15,672 nucleotides of DNA, from positions 1-15,672 of the forward strand of contig JAYZBV010000098.1 in assembly GCA_036338595.1 (NCBI GenBank). The letters run 5' to 3'. Below are positions 1-8,336 of the stretch, piece after piece. A program made the translations under genes and the position numbers. Within the stretch, counting starts at the first letter, position 1; every line of letters starts with the position of its first letter. Source of the DNA: Planctomycetota bacterium. Its GTDB lineage: Bacteria; Planctomycetota; UBA8108; UBA1146. Under the pieces are notes generated by a model. That model was not told where the DNA came from. It worked only from the letters and a program-made list of their open reading frames with translations, and did not search any database.

Positions 1-1848
1 ATCCTTGCCGGCCAGTCCAACATGGAGGGCAAGGGGGCAGTCAACACCCTCGAGTATCTCGGGGAGGACCCGGAATACGGCCACCTGCTCGCGGACATCC
101 AGAAGGATGGCGAGTGGATCGTGCGAGACGATGTGTTCATCGATTACCTCGGTCGAAGCGGTCCGTTGACGGTCGGATTTGGATCGAATCCCGGAGCCCA
201 CGGCCCCAGGATTGGCCCCGAGCTGGCCATCGGTACCGTGCTGGGAGACGCCTTCGATGAACCAGTACTGCTGATCAAGACCGCCTGGGGCGGCAAGGAT
301 GTGGCGAAGGATTTCCTGCCGCCATCGATGGGCGGGCCCGGCGAGTTCTACAACAAGATGATGGAGAATGTCGATCGTGTGCTGGGCGACATCCAGTCGG
401 TCTATCCCGGCTATCAGGATCAAGGATACGAAATCTGCGGATTCGTCTGGTTCCAGGGCTGGAATGACATGGTCGACAAGGACAAGACCGCTGCCTATGC
501 CGAACGATTCACCGCATTCATCGATGACATCCGCAAGCACTGGAAGGTCGAAAACCTGCCGGTGGTGATTGGCGAACTCGGATCCGGCGGCTTCAAGGCT
601 TCCGGCAAGGTGGCTGACTTCCGCGCTGCCCAGGCGGCGGTGGCTGCCGTCGAACGTTTCCGTGGAACTGTCAAGTTTGCCCACACCTCTGCCTACTGGG
701 ACTGGAATGCCGATCAGTTGTACCGCGACGATGTCTGGAAGAAGGAAGAGGAGCGTCACAAGTTCTACCGCATCGCATCGGATCGTCCCTACCACTACCT
801 CGGTAGCGGCAAGATCTACTATCTGATGGGGTGGGCGATGGGCCACGGCATGAAGGAACTGCTGGGGATGGACGGTCTGCCGCCCAGACGCAGTACAGGG
901 GGCGAGTTCTATCGCTTTGCGCACCGGGTGGTGCATGTACCGGAACTGGTGCAGCAGAATATCAAGGGGGCCCACGGTGGTTTTGCGGTCGATCGCATCG
1001 CCGATGGCGGAGATGGTTCGACATGGTTTTGCCTCAAGGGAGTGGGCCTGGTTCAGATCGATCCCGATCTCACGCGCATGAAGGTGATCGGCGGCGACGA
1101 GGCGATCGTCAACGTCAATGTTCACAACACCTGCATCCTTCGCCAGGGCAACAAGCGGCTGCTGGTACTGCCATCGGACGAGGCGCAGAAGATCTACATC
1201 GTCGACGACAAGGGCAAGGTGATGCGCACCTTCCCCAATCCCTACGGAGATGATGGAGGAGCTTTCCGTGTCTGCGATATCGAGGTGGTGGAAGGATTGA
1301 TGTTTGCCGCCAACGGATACGCCGACAACATCATCTTCATCGCCGATCCGTTTGAAGGAAAAACAGAACAACCCGATGTGGGTGTCTGGGCACCGATGAC
1401 CTTCGGTGGTCGTGGCACCGCCCACGGAAAGTTCGGAACCGCCCACGGCATCACTGCAGTGCCCGGTACCGATGTATTCACCATCGCTGATCGAGCCAAC
1501 GCGCGCCTCGAGAGTTACACCCGAGAGGGTCGTTACATCGGTGGCATACAGTTCGAGGCGGGCACGATGCCCTGCGATGTCGACTACGCCGGGAACCTGG
1601 CAGTGGTCGGTTGTCTGAAGGGCGCAGGCGGGAAAACCCCGGCACCGATCCACCTGCTGCGAGACGGCAACATCGCCGCCACGCTGAACCTGCAGGAAGA
1701 TCTCGGTCTCGAGGGGTGGACACACGTACACAACGCCGCGATCCGCGTCCTCAGCAAACCGGGCCACCTCGGCATCCCTAGGGTGATGATCATCGCCAGC
1801 GGCTGGAATCCAGGCCGAATCGCCATCCTGGAGCAGGTGATGCCGTAA
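1..1848 (+). CDS. 5'-truncated SGNH-hydrolase, sialate O-acetylesterase (SASA/DUF303, CE6-like) domain fused to a C-terminal NHL-like beta-propeller
   Basis: Frame 1 is open from base 1 and reads ILAGQSNMEG. The GQSN catalytic-Ser motif lies upstream of the ORF-track Met, so the true start is outside the window. Other family motifs: IGPELAIG, LLIKTAWGG, FVWFQGWND, LPVVIGELG, YHY (His at 793). From about 890 on there are NHL-type blades (FGGRGTAHGKFGTAHGI, IADRANARLESY, PCDVD). Confidence 0.85.
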   Translation: MLAGQSNMEGKGAVNTLEYLGEDPEYGHLLADIQKDGEWIVRDDVFIDYLGRSGPLTVGFGSNPGAHGPRIGPELAIGTVLGDAFDEPVLLIKTAWGGKDVAKDFLPPSMGGPGEFYNKMMENVDRVLGDIQSVYPGYQDQGYEICGFVWFQGWNDMVDKDKTAAYAERFTAFIDDIRKHWKVENLPVVIGELGSGGFKASGKVADFRAAQAAVAAVERFRGTVKFAHTSAYWDWNADQLYRDDVWKKEEERHKFYRIASDRPYHYLGSGKIYYLMGWAMGHGMKELLGMDGLPPRRSTGGEFYRFAHRVVHVPELVQQNIKGAHGGFAVDRIADGGDGSTWFCLKGVGLVQIDPDLTRMKVIGGDEAIVNVNVHNTCILRQGNKRLLVLPSDEAQKIYIVDDKGKVMRTFPNPYGDDGGAFRVCDIEVVEGLMFAANGYADNIIFIADPFEGKTEQPDVGVWAPMTFGGRGTAHGKFGTAHGITAVPGTDVFTIADRANARLESYTREGRYIGGIQFEAGTMPCDVDYAGNLAVVGCLKGAGGKTPAPIHLLRDGNIAATLNLQEDLGLEGWTHVHNAAIRVLSKPGHLGIPRVMIIASGWNPGRIAILEQVMP

Positions 1849-1854
1849 GGGGCC

Positions 1855-2814
1855 TCATGCGGCGATGCTGTTGGCGCTGGACGCAGTTTGCTGTGCCAGT
1901 TTCTCTTTCAGGGCCTCGGAGCTGAGGTACTGGATGAGGGGCTGGTGGTCGTCGCTGTCGTTCATGCCGCAACAGGGGATGCCGCCGCTGTAGGCACCGG
2001 GGAAGCGGGGTAGTGCGATTCCCTTCACTCCGGCGATGTGAAACACCGGGATTCCCATCTCTTCCAGCTGTTGAAGGGTTCTCCTGCGCGGTGCGGGGTA
2101 GGTCTCGTTGAGGATGACGATCCCCTCCCACATCTGTGGTATCCGTTGTTCGAGTGCGCCTTTTCTGGCGACGTCGATGAGGATCACTTTCTTTCCTTGT
2201 AGGTTTTCCGGCATCGGGTCATCGCAGTCCACCGTGTAGACACTTCGGTTTTCTGCCAGTAGCAGTTGTTTCAGTGGGGTGCCGACGCTGCCGTGTCCGC
2301 CCAGCAAGATCACCGGGGTCTCCGGTTCGAGGGAGAGCTGCTGTCGCAACTCCTTCTCGGCGCGGAAGACTACCTGAGCGACTCGACTCGATCTCCTCTT
2401 CAACTCGAGCGGCTCCAGCACACCTATTCTGTGCATGGCACTGGGCAGGATGCCGGAGTACTTGACGCTGGCGATGCCGAGCCAGCGGGCGATCTGATCC
2501 GATTTCTTCTTCAGGTCTGCGAGGAACTCTGGCTTCTTGAAGTCGGACTCGGTTCCCGTGATGCCAAGAATCAATCCGGGAGTTCCACCCTGGAAGTACA
2601 CACCGCAGATCACAGGGGTTTTCTTCAGGTGAGGCTGCAGGAATTTGAATCCGTAGTGATCGACATATCGCTGGCTGGCCGGGTAGATGACAAAGAAAGA
2701 GCGAAACGGGCGCAAGAACAACCTGTTGATGAGACCGAGCAGTACCAGCGAGAGCGGATTGCTCAGGAACACGATGGAGAGCAGCACCAGTGATTTCCGG
2801 CAGAGATTCTTCAA
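1855..2814 (-). CDS. Hypothetical NAD(P)-binding Rossmann-fold protein with an N-terminal hydrophobic anchor; distantly COG5322/acyl-ACP-reductase-like
   Basis: Long ORF (track 1855..2892). Preferred start is TTG at 2814, preceded by AAAGGGA; the GTG at 2892 falls inside a structured intergenic hairpin. VILLGGHGSVG (GxxGxxG, 2281-2301), VILNETYP and a C-terminal GGIPCC are present. Confidence 0.6.
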   Translation of the reverse strand: MKNLCRKSLVLLSIVFLSNPLSLVLLGLINRLFLRPFRSFFVIYPASQRYVDHYGFKFLQPHLKKTPVICGVYFQGGTPGLILGITGTESDFKKPEFLADLKKKSDQIARWLGIASVKYSGILPSAMHRIGVLEPLELKRRSSRVAQVVFRAEKELRQQLSLEPETPVILLGGHGSVGTPLKQLLLAENRSVYTVDCDDPMPENLQGKKVILIDVARKGALEQRIPQMWEGIVILNETYPAPRRRTLQQLEEMGIPVFHIAGVKGIALPRFPGAYSGGIPCCGMNDSDDHQPLIQYLSSEALKEKLAQQTASSANSIAA

Positions 2815-2959
2815 AGTGCGTCCCTTTGCTTCAGAGGCGGTGAACAACCGCGTACGGCGTGGATGCCAGCGAGTACGGGAAGTGCCGATCACCCCCGGAT
2901 GGGGACATCCGGAAAGGGGATCCCCTCGGACACGGGAATCTGGGTGCCGTAGGTGTGGG

Positions 2960-3322
2960 CTACTGGAAGCTCTCCACTACTGGTTCATTCATCTTCTGTT
3001 CGATCCTGGCCGATCGGCTCAGGTATTCGAGGACGAACTTGAGTAGCACCAGACAGCAGATGCTCACCAGAACTTGAGTCACTAACGCCGCAAGAGTTGT
3101 GACGACGGACAGCATATTGAGCGCATTGGACGTAGTCAGGATCGTGACCACGATTGAGATCGTTGAGATTGCGGCGATCGATACGGCGATCAAGGTCAGG
3201 ATGATCGCGACCTTGTAGACGAAAGGTCCCCACGCCGGGATGGAATTCCCGTTCAGGTTTGCAGTCAGTAGTCCTGGGCCACGATTTGACCGTACCCTGC
3301 GTCTTGTTTGTTGTTGTGGCAT
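2960..3322 (-). CDS. Small membrane protein with two predicted TM helices, function unknown
   Basis: 120 aa. ATG is preceded by a perfect AGGAGG. A basic N-terminus is followed by two long hydrophobic segments and a charged tail (EYLSRSARIEQK). Confidence 0.75.
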   Translation of the reverse strand: MPQQQTRRRVRSNRGPGLLTANLNGNSIPAWGPFVYKVAIILTLIAVSIAAISTISIVVTILTTSNALNMLSVVTTLAALVTQVLVSICCLVLLKFVLEYLSRSARIEQKMNEPVVESFQ

Positions 3323-3328
3323 GATGAT

Positions 3329-3334
3329 CCTCCT
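3329..3334 (-). promoter_or_regulatory. Shine-Dalgarno site AGGAGG for the 2960..3322 gene
   Basis: The + strand cctcct is AGGAGG on the minus strand, 6 nt upstream of the ATG at 3322. Confidence 0.75.
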
Positions 3335-3503
3335 ATCTCCATCGACATCCGATTTCGGTGGGTCGCCGGACAGTAGAATCCAGCATTATGCAGAATGTTT
3401 GCAAACCGAGAACGCCGTGGACCCTGTGTCAGATGTATCGATGCCATGACCGCAACTCCGGCCCTCGTGGATCGAACCCTCGGCGTATTGCACAGATGAG
3501 AAA

Positions 3504-4112
3504 CTACAGGCTGCTCCTCATCCTCCTGACGACCCAGATCAGCAGGAGGATGGAGATGATGCCGGCAGGTATGTAGGTGAAGAGGTTCAGAACCAGATAC
3601 GTATCTTCCGGGATACCCGGTACCAGTACCGATTTGTCGGGGTCGTCAGGCTTGTAGTAGACGGTTACCGTCGAGTCGACTGGATACTGCTCGATCACCT
3701 GTTTCGCCTCGGCACGGGTATCATACGAGGTCATCGTCTGGACCTTGTGGTTTTCCAGCTCCAGACCGCCGACGCTGTAGCGATAGAGCACCCAGGGTAC
3801 ATAGCTGGTGGTCCTCGATGTGGCTCTGCGCCTACCACTGCCACTGCTCGTAGTGGACGTGTGGGAAGAGACCTTCGTTTCCACAACCTGTCCAGAAGTT
3901 GTGGGCCAGTTCACTGCATCCCTGCCATCGTTGGCTTCCTCGAAGATGATACCGAGCACGATGTACCAGCCGACGAAGAACAGCAGCAGAACGGCACCGA
4001 TGCAACCGAAGACGAACTTCCGGAGCGTCTGCCTGCCATCGAGAAGTTCCGGATGGGGGGATGGGTCTCTCGGATCCTGGGAATCGAAATCTGGCTTACG
4101 ATCGCTGTTCAT
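3504..4112 (-). CDS. DUF3592-type membrane protein
   Basis: N-terminal TM helix, then WPTTSGQVVETKV...YVPWVLYRYSVGG...YPVDSTVTVYYKPDDPDKSVLVPG (DUF3592 pattern), then a C-terminal TM helix. Preferred start is ATG 4112 (MNSDRK) with GGAGAGG upstream; alternative ATG at 4145. Confidence 0.85.
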   Translation of the reverse strand: MNSDRKPDFDSQDPRDPSPHPELLDGRQTLRKFVFGCIGAVLLLFFVGWYIVLGIIFEEANDGRDAVNWPTTSGQVVETKVSSHTSTTSSGSGRRRATSRTTSYVPWVLYRYSVGGLELENHKVQTMTSYDTRAEAKQVIEQYPVDSTVTVYYKPDDPDKSVLVPGIPEDTYLVLNLFTYIPAGIISILLLIWVVRRMRSSL

Positions 4113-4157
4113 CCACCCCGCCTCTCCGGGAGGCGGAGTATACATCAGAGTATTAAA

Positions 4158-4784
4158 TCAGGGACAGATGGGATTGAGGCAATCGGGGCTGATGGGAGCC
4201 ACGGGATCAACTCCGCAGGAGGGCCACGGTGGAGCCGGCGGCGGGCCGCTGGTGAACAGGGTCGAGAGCATCATCACAGCATCGGCAATGTCTGAACTCA
4301 GACCACTGTCGAAATCACAGGCATTCTGGCACGGGGGAGGAGGACCCGATGCGAAGAGCCAGAAGAGATGGAAGATCACATCAGCGATGTTGAAGGAAGC
4401 ATCATTGTTGCAATCGCCGCGAATGAACTCCGGAGGGGGAGGATTTACACTGCAACTGAGCTCAAAGGTGGCATTCAAGATGCAACTGGTCGGGAAGCAG
4501 ATCCCGACGCAACCGACCTGAAATCCGGTCAAGAACGCTTCCGTGCCATCCGGAGGAGCCGCTGTGGAACCCAGGTCAACAATGAAAGTCTCGCCCGGGA
4601 AGGCATAGGCAGAAAAGAGGATGCAGCCGGTTCCAAAGGGATCGTCTTCGAAGACCCCGCACTCTTCAAAGAGAGGTGGCGGAGGCTGAGCTGCCGCAGG
4701 GGACGAGACCAACAGCAACGCCACGATCAGCAAGGCGAAGACAACTGGATATGACATCAAAGACTTCAGAGTGCGTTGGTTCAT
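4158..4784 (-). CDS. Small secreted Cys-rich protein with C-terminal dockerin-like (EF-hand repeat) domain
   Basis: ATG at 4784 with GAAGGGAAGG upstream. Sec signal ends SPAAA|Q. A domain of about 70 aa with six Cys is flanked by PPPP linkers. The tail is [25 protein letters not shown]...[26 protein letters not shown] (4161-4427). Confidence 0.85.
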   Translation of the reverse strand: MNQRTLKSLMSYPVVFALLIVALLLVSSPAAAQPPPPLFEECGVFEDDPFGTGCILFSAYAFPGETFIVDLGSTAAPPDGTEAFLTGFQVGCVGICFPTSCILNATFELSCSVNPPPPEFIRGDCNNDASFNIADVIFHLFWLFASGPPPPCQNACDFDSGLSSDIADAVMMLSTLFTSGPPPAPPWPSCGVDPVAPISPDCLNPICP

Positions 4785-4845
4785 GGCCAGCCTTCCCTTC
4801 AACTGAAGAACTCTTCACGGAAGATTCAAATTGGCGGGCGTCTCC

Positions 4846-4851
4846 ATTATA
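4846..4851 (-). promoter_or_regulatory. Possible sigma70 -10 element (TATAAT) for the minus-strand gene run
   Basis: A perfect TATAAT in GC-rich DNA, about 60 nt upstream of ATG 4784, in the divergent intergenic region. No convincing -35 at 16-18 bp spacing. Confidence 0.4.
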
Positions 4852-5003
4852 CACGCAATCATCGCCATGAGATATCGAGTCCGGAGGGTCTCGAATCCGC
4901 CAGATTCGCTTCAATCTGTGACCGCGAACTCGCATCATGGCCTGCGACACTCCAGCCGCTGTGGCTCCGGGTACATGAAGTTGCTCTCAGGGAAAGATGG
5001 TCG

Positions 5004-6557
5004 ATGAAGATCGGAGTTCCGCGGGAAGTCTGGCCCGGCGAATGCCGTGTGGCTGCCTCACCCGCCAATGTCAAACGACTCCAGAAGCTGGGCTTCTCGG
5101 TGCTGGTCGAGTCGGGCGCAGGAATCGCTGCCAGTTTCGATGATGACAGCTATCGCAAGGCAGGGGCCGAGATCCTTGATGGCGCCGCAGCCATCTGGGA
5201 GCAGTCCGATATCGTCATCAAGGTGCGCGCACAGATGTCGCATCCAGACCTTGGAACTCATGAAGCCGACCTTCTTCGTGAAGGCGGCACCCTGATCAGT
5301 TTCATCTGGCCCGGCCAGGAGGAAGATCTGGTTCAGAAACTCGCATCCAGAAAGGCCACGGTGCTGGCGATGGATTGCGTGCCTCGGATCAGCCGCGCCC
5401 AGAAGCTCGACGCCCTCTCTTCAATGGCCAACATCGCTGGCTATCGCGCAGTTCTGGAGGCAGCCCATCACTTTGGCAGCTTCTTCACGGGGCAGATGAC
5501 CGCAGCAGGAAAGGTGCCACCGGCGAAAGTGATGGTGGTGGGAGCCGGCGTTGCAGGTCTTGCCGCAATCGGTGCCGCACGTGGCCTCGGTGCCATCGTT
5601 CGTGCCTTCGACACCCGTCCAGCAGTGGAAGAACAGGTGCACTCGATGGGCGCCGAGTTCCTCACGGTGAAGATGGAAGAAGATGGAACCGGCTCCGGGG
5701 GCTATGCCAAGCAGATGAGCCAGGCTTTCATCGATGCCGAACATGCACTGTTCGAGGACCAAGCACATGACATTGACATCATCATCACGACCGCACTGAT
5801 CCCTGGAAAACCGGCACCACTACTGATCACCGAACAGGCAGTGAAGAACATGAAACCCGGATCCGTGATCGTTGACCTGGCAGCAGAGCGGGGTGGAAAC
5901 ACTGCCGGTGCTGTCGCTGATCAGGTGATCGAGAGCCACGGAGTGACCATCATCGGCTACACCGATCTTCCCAGCCGAATGGCCAATGTCTCCAGCAATC
6001 TCTACGGCAACAACATCTGTCACCTGCTCGACGACATGGGAGGTGCCGAAGGTTACCAGGTGGATGAAGATGATGAGGTAGTGCGAGGATCGCTGGTTCT
6101 CAACGAGGGCCAGATGAGATGGCCCGCCCCCGTCAAGAAACTCGCGGAGGAAACGAAAGACTCTGATTCCGCTCCACAGGAATCCCCAGCCGCAGCGGTT
6201 GCTCCAGCCGAGAAGAAGGACCGAGGTCCTCTGGCGCTGTTGTTGATCGGCCTGGCGCTGATCGCAGTGGGTTGGTCGGGGGATACTGGATTCCTGCATC
6301 AGGTGACGGTGTTTGTGCTGTCCTGCTTCATCGGATACCAGGTGATCTGGAATGTCAGTGCATCACTTCACACCCCACTGATGAGCGTGACCAACGCCAT
6401 CAGCGGCATCATCATCGTCGGTGGCATGCTGCAACTCGGTGGTCCGCTTGAAGAACCCGCAACGATTCTGGGTGTCATCGCGGTGTTGTTTGCCACCATC
6501 AATATCGCCGGTGGTTTTCTCGTCACTCAGCGCATGCTGAAGATGTTCCAGGGTTGA
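5004..6557 (+). CDS. pntA: Re/Si-specific NAD(P)+ transhydrogenase subunit alpha (unsplit, E. coli-type)
   Basis: Canonical start MKIGVPRE at 5004 (AGGGAAAG upstream). Motifs [75 protein letters not shown] and [13 protein letters not shown]; 517 aa. Confidence 0.98.
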   Translation: MKIGVPREVWPGECRVAASPANVKRLQKLGFSVLVESGAGIAASFDDDSYRKAGAEILDGAAAIWEQSDIVIKVRAQMSHPDLGTHEADLLREGGTLISFIWPGQEEDLVQKLASRKATVLAMDCVPRISRAQKLDALSSMANIAGYRAVLEAAHHFGSFFTGQMTAAGKVPPAKVMVVGAGVAGLAAIGAARGLGAIVRAFDTRPAVEEQVHSMGAEFLTVKMEEDGTGSGGYAKQMSQAFIDAEHALFEDQAHDIDIIITTALIPGKPAPLLITEQAVKNMKPGSVIVDLAAERGGNTAGAVADQVIESHGVTIIGYTDLPSRMANVSSNLYGNNICHLLDDMGGAEGYQVDEDDEVVRGSLVLNEGQMRWPAPVKKLAEETKDSDSAPQESPAAAVAPAEKKDRGPLALLLIGLALIAVGWSGDTGFLHQVTVFVLSCFIGYQVIWNVSASLHTPLMSVTNAISGIIIVGGMLQLGGPLEEPATILGVIAVLFATINIAGGFLVTQRMLKMFQG

Positions 6558-6567
6558 GGGGGAGATC

Positions 6568-8034
6568 ATGATTCCATACGGAGCCATTGTCAGTTCCTAC
6601 CTTGTCTCTGCGGTGCTCTTCATCCTGAGTCTCGGTGGTCTGTCACATCAAAAAACATCACGCCGTGGAAACCTGTACGGGATCATCGGTATGGCGCTCG
6701 CCGTGGGTGCCACGGCCCTGCTGATCCTTGGCAAGGTTCAGTTTCCGGAAGGACTCGCTGAAAACTTCAGCGGCATTCTTCTGGATAACTCGACCACATC
6801 TACAGTGTTCGCTGCAGCGATCGGAATCGGCGCATTGATCGGTTCCATCCTGGCCGCAAGAGTCGCGATGACCTCGATGCCGGAGCTGGTCGCCATCCTG
6901 CACAGTTTTGTGGGCCTGGCAGCGGTACTGGTGGGCATCTCGACCTATCTCGGATCGGGCATTCCCGTTCCCGAAGGTGGTGAACTTGTCCATAACATCG
7001 AGATCTATCTCGCTGTCTTCATCGGAGCGATCACCTTTACCGGATCGGTGCTGGCATTTCTGAAGTTGCGTGGAAGCGTTTCCGGAAAGCCACTCACCTT
7101 ACCCGGGCGACACCTGCTGAACCTGCTGATGGTCGTGGCGTGCGTCTATCTGTCGATCGGGTTCGTGACTGCCGAGGGCCATACGGCGGTGCAACCACTG
7201 CTCTGGATGACTCTCATTGCCTGTATCATCGGTTTTCATATGGTGGCTGCCATCGGCGGCGCAGATATGCCGGTGGTGGTGTCGATGCTCAACAGCTATT
7301 CGGGCTGGGCCGCGGCTGCTGCCGGATTCATGCTCAAGAACGATCTGCTCATCGTCACCGGTGCGCTGGTCGGCTCTTCCGGCGCCATCCTCAGTTACAT
7401 CATGTGTCGTGCCATGAACCGATCGTTCGTCAGCGTCATCCTCGGTGGTTTCGGTACCGATGGAGGTGGGGGTGCTGCTAGCACCAGATCCGAGGATCAG
7501 GGCGAGGTGACCACTTTCGATGTCGATGAAGCGGTAGAGGCGATGCGAGAAGCTACGAATGTCATCATCGTTCCGGGCTACGGCATGGCCGTTGCCCAGG
7601 CGCAGCACTCATTGAGCCAGATGGTCGATTTTCTGAAGGAAAAGGGAAAGACGGTTCGCTTCGGCATTCACCCGGTGGCGGGCCGCTTGCCAGGACACAT
7701 GAACGTGCTGCTGGCAGAAGCCAAAGTTGATTACAACATCGTTCTCGAGATGGATGAGATCAACGATGATTTCCCCAACACCGATCTTGTACTGGTGATC
7801 GGTGCCAATGACATCGTCAATCCTGATGCACTGGAAGATCCGAACAGTCCCATCGCCGGCATGCCGGTGCTTGAGGTGTGGAAATCGGAAACCGTGGTGG
7901 TGATGAAGCGCAGCATGGGCACCGGATATGCCGGAGTTCAGAACCCACTCTTCTTCAAGGACAACACCCGGATGTTGTTTGGAGATGCCAAGGAAGTAGT
8001 GGACAAGTTGATGACCGGATTGCGAAGCCACTGA
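6568..8034 (+). CDS. pntB: NAD(P)+ transhydrogenase subunit beta
   Basis: 10 nt after pntA, with a GAGGGGGAG RBS. Motifs [75 protein letters not shown] and [16 protein letters not shown]. Confidence 0.98.
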   Translation: MIPYGAIVSSYLVSAVLFILSLGGLSHQKTSRRGNLYGIIGMALAVGATALLILGKVQFPEGLAENFSGILLDNSTTSTVFAAAIGIGALIGSILAARVAMTSMPELVAILHSFVGLAAVLVGISTYLGSGIPVPEGGELVHNIEIYLAVFIGAITFTGSVLAFLKLRGSVSGKPLTLPGRHLLNLLMVVACVYLSIGFVTAEGHTAVQPLLWMTLIACIIGFHMVAAIGGADMPVVVSMLNSYSGWAAAAAGFMLKNDLLIVTGALVGSSGAILSYIMCRAMNRSFVSVILGGFGTDGGGGAASTRSEDQGEVTTFDVDEAVEAMREATNVIIVPGYGMAVAQAQHSLSQMVDFLKEKGKTVRFGIHPVAGRLPGHMNVLLAEAKVDYNIVLEMDEINDDFPNTDLVLVIGANDIVNPDALEDPNSPIAGMPVLEVWKSETVVVMKRSMGTGYAGVQNPLFFKDNTRMLFGDAKEVVDKLMTGLRSH

Positions 8035-8036
8035 AG

Positions 8037-8336
8037 ATGAGCACTGTTCCCACCCTTGCCAGTTTCGGGTCTGGCGAGATGTTGCCCTTGCTATTGATGA
8101 TGCTGGGAATGCTCCTGTCGGGCATGGTGTTGCTCTGGTTTCTTCTCGGCCTGGCACTCAAGTACTGGGGCTCACCGAAGGGTGTTCGAGTATTCGCCTA
8201 TCTGGTTTCCATCCTCGGCTTACTGGTACTACTGGGAATCTATGATGATTGGTCGCTGATGGTGGGATCACTATTCTGGCTGACCGCCTCGGTTCGCAGC
8301 TGGCATATCTATCGCCGCCTGAATCGTGAAGCATGA
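8037..8336 (+). CDS. Small integral membrane protein (99 aa, about 3 TM helices), function unknown
   Basis: ATG lies 2 nt after the pntB stop, and the stop overlaps the next start (ATGA). The sequence is very hydrophobic with a basic C-tail. The track's longer 7878 start is just an overlap with pntB. Confidence 0.75.
   Translation: MSTVPTLASFGSGEMLPLLLMMLGMLLSGMVLLWFLLGLALKYWGSPKGVRVFAYLVSILGLLVLLGIYDDWSLMVGSLFWLTASVRSWHIYRRLNREA

Noticed and set aside
1414..1449. Tandem repeat GGCACCGCCCACGG / GGAACCGCCCACGG (GTAHG-KF-GTAHG)
   Set aside because: It fits the normal NHL consensus FGxxGxxxGxFxxxHGI; two copies only, not a CRISPR or VNTR.
2853..2951. SRP (4.5S) RNA or cobalamin riboswitch identity for the rod-like element
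   Set aside because: It lacks the SRP CAGG/AGCA symmetric loop and the B12-box, and the GGGAA motifs are on the strand opposite the downstream gene.
3382..3406. Palindromes GTTTGCAAAC and GCATTATGC and a CATAAT upstream of the 2-TM gene
   Set aside because: Short, with no matching -35 at correct spacing; cannot be distinguished from chance.
3747..4754. Long + strand ORFs (3747..4295, 3808..4521, 4368..4754) and similar antisense or alternate-frame ORFs across the window
   Set aside because: Shadow ORFs of well-supported genes in GC-rich DNA, with no recognisable motifs.
4804..4817. Palindrome TGAAGA-AC-TCTTCA as a Rex operator for pntAB
   Set aside because: Rex sites are TTGTGAA-N4-TTCACAA; the spacing and outer bases do not fit, and it lies next to the divergent gene rather than pntA.
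4776..5003. 76-aa N-terminal extension of PntA in the ORF track
   Set aside because: The canonical MKIGVPRE start with an RBS is at 5004; the extension spans the divergent promoter region and overlaps the neighbouring gene's start.
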